From Octopus vulgaris (taxonomy: Eukaryota): a DNA stretch of 64,000 nt. This document shows, piece by piece, positions 1-12,790 of the stretch. The position numbers were made by a program, and so were the translations under genes. The stretch spans positions 92,194,001-92,258,000 of the forward strand of contig OX597824.1 of NCBI GenBank assembly GCA_951406725.2. The letters are read 5' to 3'. The notes under the pieces were generated by a model that was not told where the DNA came from, ran no database searches, and saw only the letters and a list, made by a program, of their open reading frames with translations. Numbering within the stretch: position 1 is the first letter of the stretch; each line of letters begins with the position of its first letter.

Positions 1-894
1 GGTTTTTTCGTAATGTAGGTAAATATTTTCTTCATTCCCTCATAAAATGTAAAGTTTGTCAATGCCACGTGATTTCGTTTCTCTTATAGTTTCCTTCATT
101 GCCTCTATAACATTTCCTATACTGAACTGTCAAGTGTTTTGATAATGGAAGATTTCGTTATATCTTTGTTCCTGGCATATTTCAGTACGTTTGAATGTAT
201 ATTTACGTTATTATTTCTACATTCAACATTTCTCCGAAAAAAGCCAAAAAATAAAATAAAATAATAAATGAATAAAAAAAAAAATTAAAATAAACAACAA
301 AAACTTCTTTGTCTGGGGCAGTTTTCAATTCGATGATTTCATTGTTCAAATGCCTAAAGACTTTTATCTTTTATTTTGCAGAAATTTTTATATTAAGTTT
401 TCGGCTTTCATCTATTGAATTTTTTTTTCTCTTCTTCGTGTTGTTGTTCGTCCTTAAATATCGGTAACATCGCGTGTTTTCCTCATCTGTTTGTGCTTTT
501 ATTTTGAAATACACATATTTGGCTCTATTACTTTCTTTACAAGACAGTTTCATTTGTAAGTTTTCTCGGTTTTTTCAAGGACATCGCATTCATTTTAGTT
601 ATTTTGAACATTTATTAACTCCATTTATACTACTGGCAGCCAATGGGAGCCAAAACTAAGGCGACTGTGATATAACACATACAGTCTAGTAATGTCCTCT
701 CTGGTACAGACAAAACCCCTGTATTGTTTGATCTTGTTTGTACTTCTTTGTTTGGATTCAGTATATATATATATATATATAATTATTATTTGAGGGAATA
801 AAATCAAAACTTAATTTTCTAGATGGTGTAATTTAATTGTTCATTTTGAATTGATAATAGGTGTTTTTTTTCTAATTTTATATATATATATATG

Positions 895-1045
895 TACAAC
901 AGACTAATAGTTTCCCCCTACCAAATTCATTTACACAGAGCATAGGAACGTCTGATGCAATAGAACAAGACACTTGCCCAAGGTGCTGTGCATGGAACTG
1001 AACCTAAATTCGTGTTTAAAAGATGACCTTTTTAAATACGCAGCT
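895..1045 (-). mobile_element. Degraded SINE family B 5' half
   Basis: acacttgcccaaggtg and taccaaattca match the full family-B copies at 30923 and 46431. Confidence 0.65.
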
Positions 1046-1059
1046 GTCACTACCACTAC

Positions 1060-1212
1060 ATCGACCCCTGGGCCTAAGTGGTTCTTATTGTACTCACTCC
1101 AAAAGATTGCAAAGTCAAGTTGACCTCGGCGGTATTTGAACTCAGCGTAAAACCGGAAGAAATGCTGCGAAGCATGTTGTCCGGCGTTCTAACGATTCGG
1201 CTCGGCCAGCTC
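1060..1212 (-). mobile_element. Degraded SINE family A
   Basis: gacctcggcggtatttgaactcag...gaaatgctgcgaagcat matches the reverse complement of family A. Confidence 0.7.
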
Positions 1213-1526
1213 ATCCAAGTTCTCTCAAGGCATTCATCGCAGACCTTTCCATAATGAAGAAAGAAAAAGAGGGATAGCCCCTGATAGAAAGGTTTTACTG
1301 TACAGCTACATGGTCAGAGTTGACCATGTGTTAAACATCAACATAATATCGCTTATTTCAGCTGCAGAATTACGACGTAACCCTTCTCTGGACTTCTGGA
1401 CCAATCATCATCGTGTTTAAAAGAAATAAAAAGACAGATTTCGTAAGGCAGCCTTAGATAAACCGAGACAAATAGATGAGTGAAATTGTCATGGAAGGAA
1501 TGGTTTTCATAATAAACCTACTAAAA

Positions 1527-1730
1527 GGCAAAATCGTTAGCACACCAGGCGAAATGCTTATCGGTATTTCGTCTGCCGCTAGGTTCTGAGGTCAAATTCC
1601 GCCGAGGTCGACTTTGCGTTTCATCTTTTTGAGGAGTCGATAAATTAAGTACCAGTAAAACACTGGGGTCAATGTAATCGACTAGTCCCCTCCGCATAAA
1701 TCTGAGGCTTTGTAACTCCGGTAGAAAGGA
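1527..1730 (+). mobile_element. SINE family A monomer (tail type 2)
   Basis: cgttagcac..ggcgaaatgctta..gtatttcgtctgccgct..tcaaattccgccgaggtcgacttt..aagtaccag..ctggggtcaatgtaatcgact. Confidence 0.8.
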
Positions 1731-2430
1731 TTATAAACCAACTACGCATTCACGTGTTTTACCTTACCACAAATGGCGCTACAATTTCAGGGTTTTTTTT
1801 ACTATGAAGTAAAAGCATAGCTGATTTAAAAGCTGATAGCATAGTAAAAGCTGATGTGGCATGCGATATGTGACCAGCTCCGGATCTGTTTGTTAGATTC
1901 ATGTCCTGAGAAGCCGTGATGAAGTAAATTTTCGTGATACACCATTGTTTGAACGGAGAGGGACTCATTAAGACGAGTGGTATACGGCAAATGGCGCAAG
2001 CTGCAACACAACTACAAAAAATAAAAGAGAATATGGCCGAGAGAGGAGAAAGAGCAGAGACAGCAACAGTAATAGATGAAGGAACCAAGGTTGCTATTAC
2101 TACTGGTGTCACAACCGTTGTTTTTACAAAACAAACGTATGGGCAGCAGCAACGGTAGCAGTAACAGCAGCTCCAGTGAGAGAGGAGATGGCCCCTTTCT
2201 CAGTTCCATTTCTGCAAGAAAGCCGCGCATGTATAGGTGTGCATTCACAGACACACCTATACACAAGCACACAAGCGTACACACACAAAAACATGCACAT
2301 CCAGGCGCACAAACCCCACGCACACCCACCCATATGCACGCCCATCTATATATCACGTTGACACACAGAATTGTGTGTAGTTGTCCTCAACTCGTTTCGT
2401 TATGGTTTTCTATGACATATTAAGTAAAAG

Positions 2431-2441
2431 CATCTTCTGAG

Positions 2442-2520
<79 letters not shown>

Positions 2521-2542
2521 CAGCATCTGAGGCAGCAGCAGC

Positions 2543-2574
<32 letters not shown>

Positions 2575-2612
2575 CAGTATCTGAGGCAGCAGAAGCAGCA
2601 GTAGTGGTGGAG

Positions 2613-2692
<80 letters not shown>

Positions 2693-2698
2693 TGTAGG

Positions 2699-2746
<48 letters not shown>

Positions 2747-3125
2747 TTGATGGTGGTATATTGTGAAGAAGTAAATGAAGAAGAACACGAAGACGATATA
2801 AGAAGAAGAAGGAGGAGGAGGAGAAAAAGAAGAGGAAGAAGAAAGAGAAGAAGAAGAAAAACAAGAAGAAGAAGAAGAGGGAGAAAGGAAAAAGAAGAAG
2901 AAGGCGAAGATGAAGAAGAAGAAGAAGAAGAAGAAGAAGGAGAAAAGGAAAAAGAAGAAGGCGAAGATGAAGAAGAAGAAGAAGAAGAAGAAGGAGAAAA
3001 GGAAAAAGAAGAAGGCGAAGATGAAGGAGAAGAAGGAGGAGAACTAGAAGAAAAAGAAGAAGAAGAAGAAGAAGAAAAAGAAGAACAACAACTACAAGAA
3101 CAAGGACAAGAAGAGGAACAAGAGG
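2431..3125. repeat. Compound microsatellite (CAG)n/(TAG)n followed by a (GAA)n-rich tract
   Basis: Directly visible, with higher-order units tctgaggcagcag x3 and gaaaaggaaaaagaagaaggcgaagatgaa-like x3. Confidence 0.95.
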
Positions 3126-3504
3126 GAAAGAAAGATAATGTGCGAATAAAATGGCGAATCAAAATAGTGATTAAAAGCAAAAGATGAGGTTGGGAGAGTG
3201 AGATTAACGGGAGGGGAAATATATACACAAAGAATAGGAATACGGGAGCGAAAACACCGTGCGACAAAGCAAAGAACAACAACAAAAGCAACTAAATATA
3301 CAATAATATGTAAACAGCAAGATAACTACAAGATTAGTTGTAAATTAATTATAGAACATCATAATAGCTTTAGCAGGATAATAGAAAACAAGCACCGCTG
3401 ATGATTGTATATCGTGTTGAAATTGCGAAGTTTCTGTTGCCAGGAGCTCAAGCGCAAGTGATTTGTTTGTGAGAATTATTGTTTGAGAGTACATACATCC
3501 CACG

Positions 3505-3509
3505 CATAT

Positions 3510-3572
<63 letters not shown>

Positions 3573-3741
3573 CATATACATATACATATATACACATATA
3601 CACACATATATATATACATATACACACATATATATATGTATATATGTTTATAAGTATATGCATAGATACTTACAATTATGTGTGCATTCGAGCGTGTAGT
3701 TGTGCATATATATATCATAATATATATATTTATATATAAAC

Positions 3742-3783
<42 letters not shown>

Positions 3784-3827
3784 TACATATACATATATAT
3801 ACATATATATATATATATATACATATA
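3505..3827. repeat. (TA)n/(CATA)n microsatellites
   Basis: Directly visible. Confidence 0.95.
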
Positions 3828-3880
3828 CTAGTAGAGATACACGGCCTTGCTCGGGATTAAAATGGCAAGGTTTTTAAAAT
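3828..3880 (-). mobile_element. Helitron 3' terminus fragment
   Basis: Reverse complement reads cccgagcaaggccgtg-tatctcta-CTAG|t, a subterminal hairpin plus CTAG, similar to the end at 48184-48211. Confidence 0.55.
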
Positions 3881-4482
3881 TGTTTTACTTGTTTCAGATA
3901 TGCGACTGCGGCCATGCTAGAGCACCGCTGCTTGTGGAACAAATCGTGTACAGGATTTATTCTATCAGAGTCCCTTTCTGAACAACTAAATTATGGGAAT
4001 GTAAACACCACAACACCTGTGATACAGTGACTGACCCCAAAATACCTGAAATACGACACAACAAACTCAAAGGCTTCTTGATAATGCAGAAATACCCCTT
4101 AGGATTAATTAATGAGTGAATTTCAAAGGCGATGAAATTGAACATCATGCTAAATACGGACACCTAAGGGAAAAATTAACGAAAACATGATTCCGTTCGT
4201 TAACACACACAGTATTGGAATAATCAACATGTTTTGCGCCATAAAATCGAACTTACTTATACTCCTACAAAGACCCTAAATGAAAAATCTGATTGAAAAA
4301 TACACCTTACGGAATAATAGATGCCAACCACAGAATATTAAAAAGCACCTGACAAGGGTCGAATTCAATCAGAATTCTTAGAAGAATGTGGTGGAACATG
4401 CAACAACAGCTTTAGCTATTGGAAAGTGGTTCCCACATAAAATTCAAGAGTGGATCCCTTTTCAAAATAAATGCATACATAC

Positions 4483-4529
<47 letters not shown>

Positions 4530-4535
<6 letters not shown>

Positions 4536-4748
4536 TAATAAAGGGTTAATTGCAACAAGTTGCTCAAAAACAACATACCGAAAATGCTAGAAATTTTCTT
4601 CCTTTTTGCCATACGGGTTGCAAATCTTGATGGTTTGTGGAGACTTTTTTACTAGTAGGGAAATGGTGACCTATCTGGCTGCCATTTCTAGCATTTTCGG
4701 TATGTGGCTTTTGAGCAACTTGTTGCAATTAACCCTTTATTATAATTA
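4530..4748. repeat. Fold-back: 65-bp inverted repeat with 89-bp spacer
   Basis: Arms 4530-4594 and 4684-4748 are reverse complements with 2 mismatches; the block lies between (TA)n tracts. Confidence 0.9.
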
Positions 4749-4841
4749 ATATAATCCTTACCAAATATGGTCTTTTCTATACCGATAAACTACTAGGTGA
4801 AATTTATTAATTTTATTAAATTAATTATATTTCACCCTTTT

Positions 4842-4892
<51 letters not shown>

Positions 4893-4894
4893 CA

Positions 4895-5046
4895 CCGTTT
4901 CAGCTTGGTGCCAGTGACGTCGCAACTCATTTCTAAGGCTGAGTGAACTGGAACAATGTGAAATAAAGTGTGTTGCACACATCCCGATCCGGGAATCGAA
5001 CTCACTAACTCATGATTGTGAGCCCAACGCTAGAACCACTTAGCCA
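4895..5046 (-). mobile_element. SINE family C 5' portion (tRNA head)
   Basis: Reverse complement tggctaagtggt...gagttcgattcccgg..cactttatttcac..ccagttcactcagc matches the copy at 31675. Confidence 0.7.
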
Positions 5047-5232
5047 TAATGCTCATTAATCCCTATGCTGCCCCTTGGTTTTATTCAAACAAGTAGCTGC
5101 TTTATTTAACATGACATCATTCTTAATTAATCTTCATATCCTAAAGGTTGTCTTGACGCATTTTGCTGGTCGGAATCTCACATCAATTCCATTAACGGTG
5201 TTTAGCAACACTCTCAAGTATTTATCATTTTA

Positions 5233-5835
5233 AGACGGCGAGTTGGCAGAAACGTTAGCAAGCTGGGCGAAATGCTTAGCGGTATTTCGTCTGCCGCTAC
5301 GTTCTGAGTTCAAATTCCGCCGAGGTCGACTTTGCCTTTCATCTTTCCGGGGGTCGATTAGATAACTACCAGTTACGCACTGGGGTCGATTTAATCGACG
5401 TAATCCGTTTGTCTGTCCTTGTTTGTGCTCTCTGTGTTTAGACCCTTGGGGGTAATAAAGAAATAGGTATTTCGTCTGCCGCTACATTCTGAGTTTAAAT
5501 TCCACCGAGGTCGACTTTGCCTTTCATCATTTCGGGGTCGATTAAATAAGTACCAGTTAAGCATTGGGGTCTATATAATCGTCTTAATCTGTTTGTCTAT
5601 CCGTGTTTGTCCTCTTTGTATTTAGCTCCTTGTGGGTAGTAAAGAAATAGGTATTTCGTCTGCCGCTACGTTCTGAGTTCAAATTCCGCCGAGGTCGACT
5701 TTGCCTCTCATCCTTTCGGGGTTGATTAAATAAGTGCCATTTACACACTGGGGTCGATATAATCAACGTAATCCGTTTGTCTGTCCTTGTTTGTCCTCTC
5801 TGTGTTTAGCCCCTTGTGGGTAGTAAAGAAATAGG
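5233..5835 (+). mobile_element. SINE family A trimer (one head plus three ~180-185 bp units)
   Basis: Units restart at gtatttcgtctgccgctac (5282, 5467, 5651); imperfect TSD gtattt[a/g]tcat. Confidence 0.9.
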
Positions 5836-6107
5836 TATTTGTCATGTTTTGCATACGAGTTTAAGTCAACCCACTAAAATGGCGGCTACATGTGAATCAA
5901 ATCATAGTTAAAGATGTGAGAGCTAGGCAAAGAAGGGGAGAGTAGGAATCCTCTTGAAATATCACCCTCTGATTTGTTTGCATTTTTAGAATTATTTACA
6001 GTTTGTTCTTGACAAGTTTGATGTATCGACTTGATTTTCGTGTGAGGATATTCGCGTCTAATATTTCCTAAACGCACTAGTGAAGGAGACTCGGGTAATC
6101 AATTATA

Positions 6108-6330
6108 TATTGCTTACTCAAGGGGCTAAACATATGGGGGGACAAACAAGGGCAGACAAAGGGATTAAGTCGATTTCATCGACCCAGTGCGAAACTGGTA
6201 CTTTATTTATCGACCCCGAGAGGATGAAAGGCAAAGTCGACCTCGGCGGAATTTGAACTCAGACCGTAACGGCAGACGAAATACGGCTACGCATTTCGCC
6301 CAGGTGCTAACGATTCTGCCAGCTCGCCGC
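6108..6330 (-). mobile_element. SINE family A monomer with TSD
   Basis: Full A/B-box head; TSD cgggt[a/g]atcaattata at 6092 and 6331. Confidence 0.9.
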
Positions 6331-6794
6331 CGGGTGATCAATTATAGCCTGCGAAATCATTGCTGTTAAGGATCTGTTAGGTCTAGGTATGAATATAAAG
6401 AGTCTGTAGTTTTAGTTATTTGGTGTTACCGTAACCTTGGCGAATCAAAATCGATCTCCTTCGGCGAATCTATCAGGTGTTTTTGCGACAATTCCAATTC
6501 ATCGTTAAATATTCCCCTCAGCGACTTCTCTGCGACTATCAAATATTTCAGTTAGAAATTTGATAATATATAACATCACGTTGCATTCTAGTTGACCATA
6601 ATTTGTGGCATCTGAACTCATCTGAACCGCGATTGATTACCATATTTGTCTCTGTCGGATTCTGTAATGACCAGTACCAATAATCTCCAAAATATTTCAA
6701 TTTTCATTTCTGCTGGTGATGGTAGTGGTGGTGGTGGTCCGTAGATTTCTATTTTGGAATTAGTTGTTTTAGATAACTCACGTCATTTTCACAT

Positions 6795-6950
6795 TCTTTT
6801 ACTTGTTTCAGTCATTTGATAGTGGCCATGTGGGAGCATCGCCATTAGTCGAAGAAATCGACCCCAGGACATCTTCTTTGTACGCCTAGTACTTATTCTA
6901 TCGGTCAATTTTGACGAACCGTTAAGTTAACAGGGACATAAACACATTAA
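6795..6950 (-). mobile_element. SINE family B 3' half
   Basis: ttacttgtttcagtcatttga..ggccatg..aatcgaccccaggac..agtacttattctatcggtc. Confidence 0.8.
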
Positions 6951-6963
6951 CATTGGTTTTCAA

Positions 6964-6991
6964 TGAAGAAGAAGAAGAAGACGAAGAAGAA

Positions 6992-7023
<32 letters not shown>

Positions 7024-7114
7024 AAAAGAAGAACAAGAACAAGAAGATGAAGAGGATGAAGAAGAAGAACAACAACAACATGAAGAAGAACAAGAAGAAG
7101 AAGATGAAGAAGAA
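6964..7114. repeat. (GAA)n-rich microsatellite
   Basis: Directly visible. Confidence 0.95.
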
Positions 7115-7329
7115 ACCATGTTATTTATAAGAGGCTGCAACAAATATCTGCCTTTCCATTATCCTAATTCAAAACGCAATATACCTCTAACGAAGGACAT
7201 TAGATTTAATTCCAACCGTTTAGACTATTGCTGCCATCGATGGTAACCACTGAGTGTGAAATTAACGGCGGAACTCGAAAGAAGGAAGATCGTCTCAATG
7301 CTAAATGTCATCGATTAAGAAAAGCTGAA

Positions 7330-7575
7330 ATATCTCTACTCCTTGGAATGAAGGCAGGTAAGAAAGGCACTGATATAGACCTCGAAAATTCTGGAAGGAC
7401 CCGTATCTAAGTTTTGCACTGAAAGTTACACAAACAGTAGAACGGAGCGCTACTGCAAAGTGCCAAAGATCACAACTTCGCCATCAAGACAGTTGACCAG
7501 ATACTGCAAAATCTTGGCTTTCAAATACTCAGAGTTCTTCAATATTTTCCCTAAAATGTTGGGAGACTTGTTGGG
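7330..7575 (+). mobile_element. Possible heavily decayed R4/Dong-like LINE 3' end
   Basis: Frameshifted peptides KKGTDIDLE, GALLQSAK and ILRVL resemble the C-terminal QKxALLGTAxILRR motif seen at 43420-43551. Confidence 0.3.
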
Positions 7576-8944
7576 AGATCAAATCTATACTTGATCGCCT
7601 CATTTTACAGCAGAAAACGCAGAAGAAAACCGCGTCAACCTCAATCATTTACCAAATAACACATATCAGCGGTTGTTCCGAGTACTGAAAGTCTAACAAA
7701 GCTAAGAACTGTACCCCTGCATGGCCGCATCTCTCGAGCTGATACTAGTTACAAAGTGAAAGAGTTAAATACTACCATATTTTGTCGAAATGTGGTTAGG
7801 AATCATGCCAAACATGATTTCATCTCCAGATTTTCTTCTTATTTATCTGCACTTATCTCACCAGAAGAAACTTTTATTTGCAAAAACAAAAAAAGAAACG
7901 GAAGAAATTGTTTATCATTCCCATAAACCTTTCAGTTTACTTGGCACAATTTTTATTCGATCTCAGCTAGAAGCGACCACCCAGGCCACCAAATCTTAAA
8001 ATAGGAAAACAAAAAAAAATATTCTTATGCATTTCTTTCGTTTTCTAAGCTATTTCAAAGACCGTGAGGTAATTTCTGACTTTCTCCAGCTGTTGCTTTA
8101 TAATTTTTTTTTTTTTTTTTTACATCGCTGGGACAGGTTGTATCAGGAAATCATGTGCACGTTTGGTGTTGTTTGCTTAAATTAAATCTGGATATTTGAC
8201 AGGAGTGTTGTTGCGTGTATGATATTTTAAAATCCACCGTATTCTTGAGGATTATATTGATGAGGAACAAGGAGAAAAAGTGTGAGACGGGGAGGAGATG
8301 TTTGGCAAAAGCGAAAAGAAATGCTGTTTTATAGTATTGTTGTTTTCATTGGTTTTTCAGAAAACGGTATAAACAATTACATTTTTTATTTTCACTGCTA
8401 ATAAAATCTGTGCTGCTATAATTGGTTGTCAATTAGGATTATGGATCTAACAATAACGCCAAGACCGGTATTCAAAATGCAATATCGATCCATATAAAGA
8501 GATACGGGTAGTCAAACAATCAGCCATACATTCATACATATACACACATATATACAAAATAGAGATGTATGATTTTTACTACGCGCCCTGTCAACAATGA
8601 TCCGACACGATTAATTTTTTCTTCCTAACCTAAGTAGCAGACAAACAGAATAATATTCTATATTTCGATACATGATACAATATATCGTCTAACAGCGAAG
8701 TGTATTTTTCTTTAGTTTTATATTCTCGTATTCTTCCTTTCTTTCGTTTCATTCTGACTTTCTTCCGTTCATTTTTCTCTCATTTATATCTTTCTCCTCA
8801 ATATAATTTTACCAATACAAAACTTACTGATTCTGTCATCTCTCAACCTTCATCATTATCGCTTAGCAAACAAAGCGCTTACACAATCATCAGCGGAGTC
8901 CCAATAACTCTTTACATACATATGCATGCATGCGAATATGTGTA

Positions 8945-9037
<93 letters not shown>

Positions 9038-9056
9038 GTATTTGTGTGTGTGTATG

Positions 9057-9119
<63 letters not shown>

Positions 9120-9146
9120 TATATATATACACATATACATATAGAT

Positions 9147-9200
<54 letters not shown>

Positions 9201-9222
9201 TATATGTATATATATATATATT
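8945..9222. repeat. (TA)n microsatellite cluster
   Basis: Directly visible. Confidence 0.95.
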
Positions 9223-9793
9223 TATCGCGGCATAAGCTACATATAGGAGAATGATTGTGAAGCAGTGGAAATGTATCAAAATCACAAATTGGATTCGATC
9301 TATAAAAGATTCGATTTAAATTTATGTTACGTTACTCACCGAAAATTTTCAGTGGAAAATGCTAGTGTATATTTCCAGTTGTGTTGTCTGAGGAAGATGC
9401 TAAAGAACTTGAAACTGGAAGCTTAAATCATTTTGCATTCGTACTGAGATCACCTGCGCAAAGAAAACTATATAAGCTATTGTCATCAAAACCGTCTGAA
9501 TGGCATCTGTGCCAAATTACCAGTTTCTAGAATCCTACATACAATCATCTCTTTCCGATATCAATGAAGCCATTCAAATTCATTAAAACATAGTCTAAAT
9601 CTCCCAACAATTACTTTTCAATCCCCTGAAATACATTTGTGTGTTGCTTAATACGATACAATATATACACTTGCGCATTTACTGCTATTATACATCTATA
9701 TAAGTGCATGCTAGATCTAAGTGGAAGCTGAGCTGAACATCGTCTACCTCTTCCATACCAAAAATATATCGAGTCGCGGTAGAATAGTAAATC

Positions 9794-10754
9794 ATTTCTA
9801 CTCTAGGCACAACACCCGAAATTGTTGGGCACGAGACCAGTCGATTAGATCAACCCGAGTATGCAACTGGTTTTTATTTATCGAACCCGAAAGGATGAAA
9901 GGCAAAGTTGACCTCGGTGGAAGTTGAACTCAGAACGTAAAGACAGACGAAATACCGCTAAGCATTTCGCCCGGCGTGCTAACGATTCTTTTGTACTCTA
10001 GGCACAAGATCCGAAATTTTAGGGGAGGAGATCAGTCGATTAGATCGACCCCAGTATGCAACTGGTACTTAATTTTATCGGGCCCGAAATGATGAAAAGC
10101 AAAGCTAACCTCGGCGGAATTTGAACTCAGAACGTAGCGGCAGATGAAATACCTATTTCTTTACTACCCACAAGGGGCTAAATACAGAGAGGACAAACAA
10201 GGAAAGACAAACGGATTAAGTCGATTACATCGACCCCAGTGCGTAATTGATACTTATTTAATCGACCCTGAGAGGATGGAAGGTAAAGTCGACCTCGGCG
10301 GAATTTGAACTCAGAACGTAGCAGCAGACGAAATACCTATTTCTTTACTACCCACAAGGGGCTAAATACAGAGAGGACAAACAAGGACAGACAAACGGAT
10401 AAAGTTGATTATATCGACCCCATTGTGTAAATGGCACTTATTTAATCAACCCCGAAAGGATGAGAGACAAAGTCGACCGCGACAGAATTTGAACTGAGAA
10501 CGTAGTGGCAGACGAAATACCTATTTCTTTACTACCCAAAAGGGGCCAAACACAGAGAGCACAAACAAGGACAGACAAACGGATTAAGTCGATTATATCG
10601 ACCCCAGTGCGTAACTGGTACTTATTTAATCGACCCCGAAAGGGTGAAAGGCAAAGTCGACCACGGTGGAATTTGAACTCAGAACGTAGCGGCAGGCAAA
10701 ATACTGCTAGACATTTCGCCCAGTGTGCTAACGTTTCTGCCAGCTCGCCACCTT
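9794..10754 (-). mobile_element. SINE family A array: tetramer (10754 to ~9989) abutting a 5'-truncated monomer (~9988-9794)
   Basis: Repeated gaaatacctatttctttactaccca junctions at ~10150, 10335 and 10520; two distinct tail types. Confidence 0.9.
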
Positions 10755-11679
10755 GGGGCAGAATACTAATGTAACAGCTAATAAACCTTACATTAAACCA
10801 CTTCGTTTTCTAATTCGCAATGTGATCCTGCATACAGCCGTTGTGGTGCGGTCTGTCGGCGGGAAAATATTTCGGCATATACAACCAGTCATTTGAGCAA
10901 TTATCACGATTTATCATGGAGGACAGCAACAATATTGTTGCAGAATAATGAGCATCATGAGATACAACAAAACAATAAGTAATTTAACAAAAACGACGTG
11001 ACTTTTTCCGAGAGTATTTCGAGATTTTGCACTTCCTGTTGCTTGGTATATTTCGTTGAAATATGTCTTCGAACGCATTAAGGATTTTTTAAAGATGTAA
11101 GTGTTTAAAACAGTGCAGAGATGAGGTTAGGAACTAAAAAATAAATATTAAGTAAAATCGAATGGAAGTATTGGTACATTTCTGTTTAAATGTGAGTTGT
11201 CTGATTAAAGGTAGAATGATTTTACCTCATTTTATTCAAGATTTCTATTTTAACTAAAGATTTCTTAATCGAATCTAATGAGCTAAGAAATACCAAATTT
11301 AATTAAGGCGACTGAAATTTTGATAAGAAAAAAAAAAATTAATTAATTAAATTACAACAAAACGCAAAATAATATATTTGAAATGGTTTTGAAAAAAAAG
11401 GAGTGAATGAATATACCAGAACTATAGTAAACATGGAGGAAGAATGTAAAAATAAACATAAAAATAAAAACATAAAAAAAATAAAAATAAAAGATGGAAC
11501 CAAACACATCAAGACAATGGAGTCAGCACTAACAAGTGTATGAAGAGCAACAACAACAACAACTACAACAACAACAACAGCGACGACAAAAGCAATAATA
11601 ATCATAATAAACAAAACAACAACACCAACACCAACAACAATAGCTTTGGAATAATAACACTCAAAAACCAAATAAGTAT

Positions 11680-11694
11680 TAACTAATACTACTA

Positions 11695-11738
<44 letters not shown>

Positions 11739-11786
11739 GCTGCTATCGTTATTTTTATCATTATTATTATTATCATCATCATTATT

Positions 11787-11817
<31 letters not shown>

Positions 11818-11928
11818 TTATTATCATTATCATTAATATTATTATTATTATTACTATTATTATTATCATCATTATTATTATTATTATTACTATTATTATC
11901 ATTATCATCATCATTATTATTATTATTT

Positions 11929-11994
<66 letters not shown>

Positions 11995-12010
11995 TTGTTG
12001 TTATTAGTAG
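11680..12010. repeat. (ACT)n/(ATT)n/(AGT)n compound microsatellite
   Basis: Directly visible. Confidence 0.95.
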
Positions 12011-12300
12011 TATCGTAGAATAGAAAAATAGTTTTTACTCAATGACTCAAAAGAACATTTAATGAAAAGGATGAGAGACAATAAAGTTAAAATAAGAAAG
12101 ACATTTTTTCTTATGAATCACGAGAAAACAAAAGATGGAGAGAAAGGGGAAATGGAGGACAAGGGAGAGAGGGAGAGAAAGGGGAAATAGAGGAGAAGGG
12201 AGAGAGGGAGAGAGAAAAAGAGAGAGAGAGAGAGAATTCGAGTAAATAAATGAAAGTAAGTACAATAACAGCAATAAGATGAAGAACAATGGCAGTAGCG

Positions 12301-12597
12301 AGAAGAAGAAGAAGAAGAAGAAGAAGAAGAAGAAGAAGAAGAAGAAGAAGAAGAAGAAGAAGAAGAAGAAGAAGAAGAAGAAGAAGAAGAAGAAGAAGAA
12401 GAAGAAGAAGAAGGACAATAACAACAGGAGCAAGAAGAATAGGAGGGAAAAGACGTTATCGCAATCGTCATTCTTATGAAGGGAAATGATTATCGGCGGT
12501 GCAACCATCATCACAACCATGACCGACTTCATCCCCATCAGTGACGTCACCGTGGTGGACTTCGTTGTCGTCATCATCATCATCATCATCATCATCG

Positions 12598-12629
<32 letters not shown>

Positions 12630-12647
12630 TCTCTTATCATCATCATC

Positions 12648-12680
<33 letters not shown>

Positions 12681-12790
12681 TCTCTTATCATCATCAACGT
12701 CGTCATCCTCCTCCTCGTCGTCGTCATCGTGGCCTTCATCATTCCCCCATATCACCACCAACATCATCATCACGGCACCCCCGCCTCCGC
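12301..12790. repeat. (GAA)n tract followed by a degenerate (CAT)n tract
   Basis: Directly visible. Confidence 0.9.

Noticed and set aside
5830-5845. Terminal gtattt as evidence of a further partial unit
   Set aside because: Better explained as the start of the target-site duplication gtattt[a/g]tcat.
9380-9425. Hammerhead-like ctgagga...gaaac
   Set aside because: No convincing stem II or stem I pairing.
9794-10754. Regularly spaced repeats resembling a CRISPR array
   Set aside because: Whole ~183-bp units repeat with no unique spacers, there are no cas genes, and the context is a eukaryotic SINE.
10505-10774. Recurrent peptide RPRKDERQSRPRRNLNSER in many ORFs
   Set aside because: It is the antisense translation of SINE family A, not a gene family.
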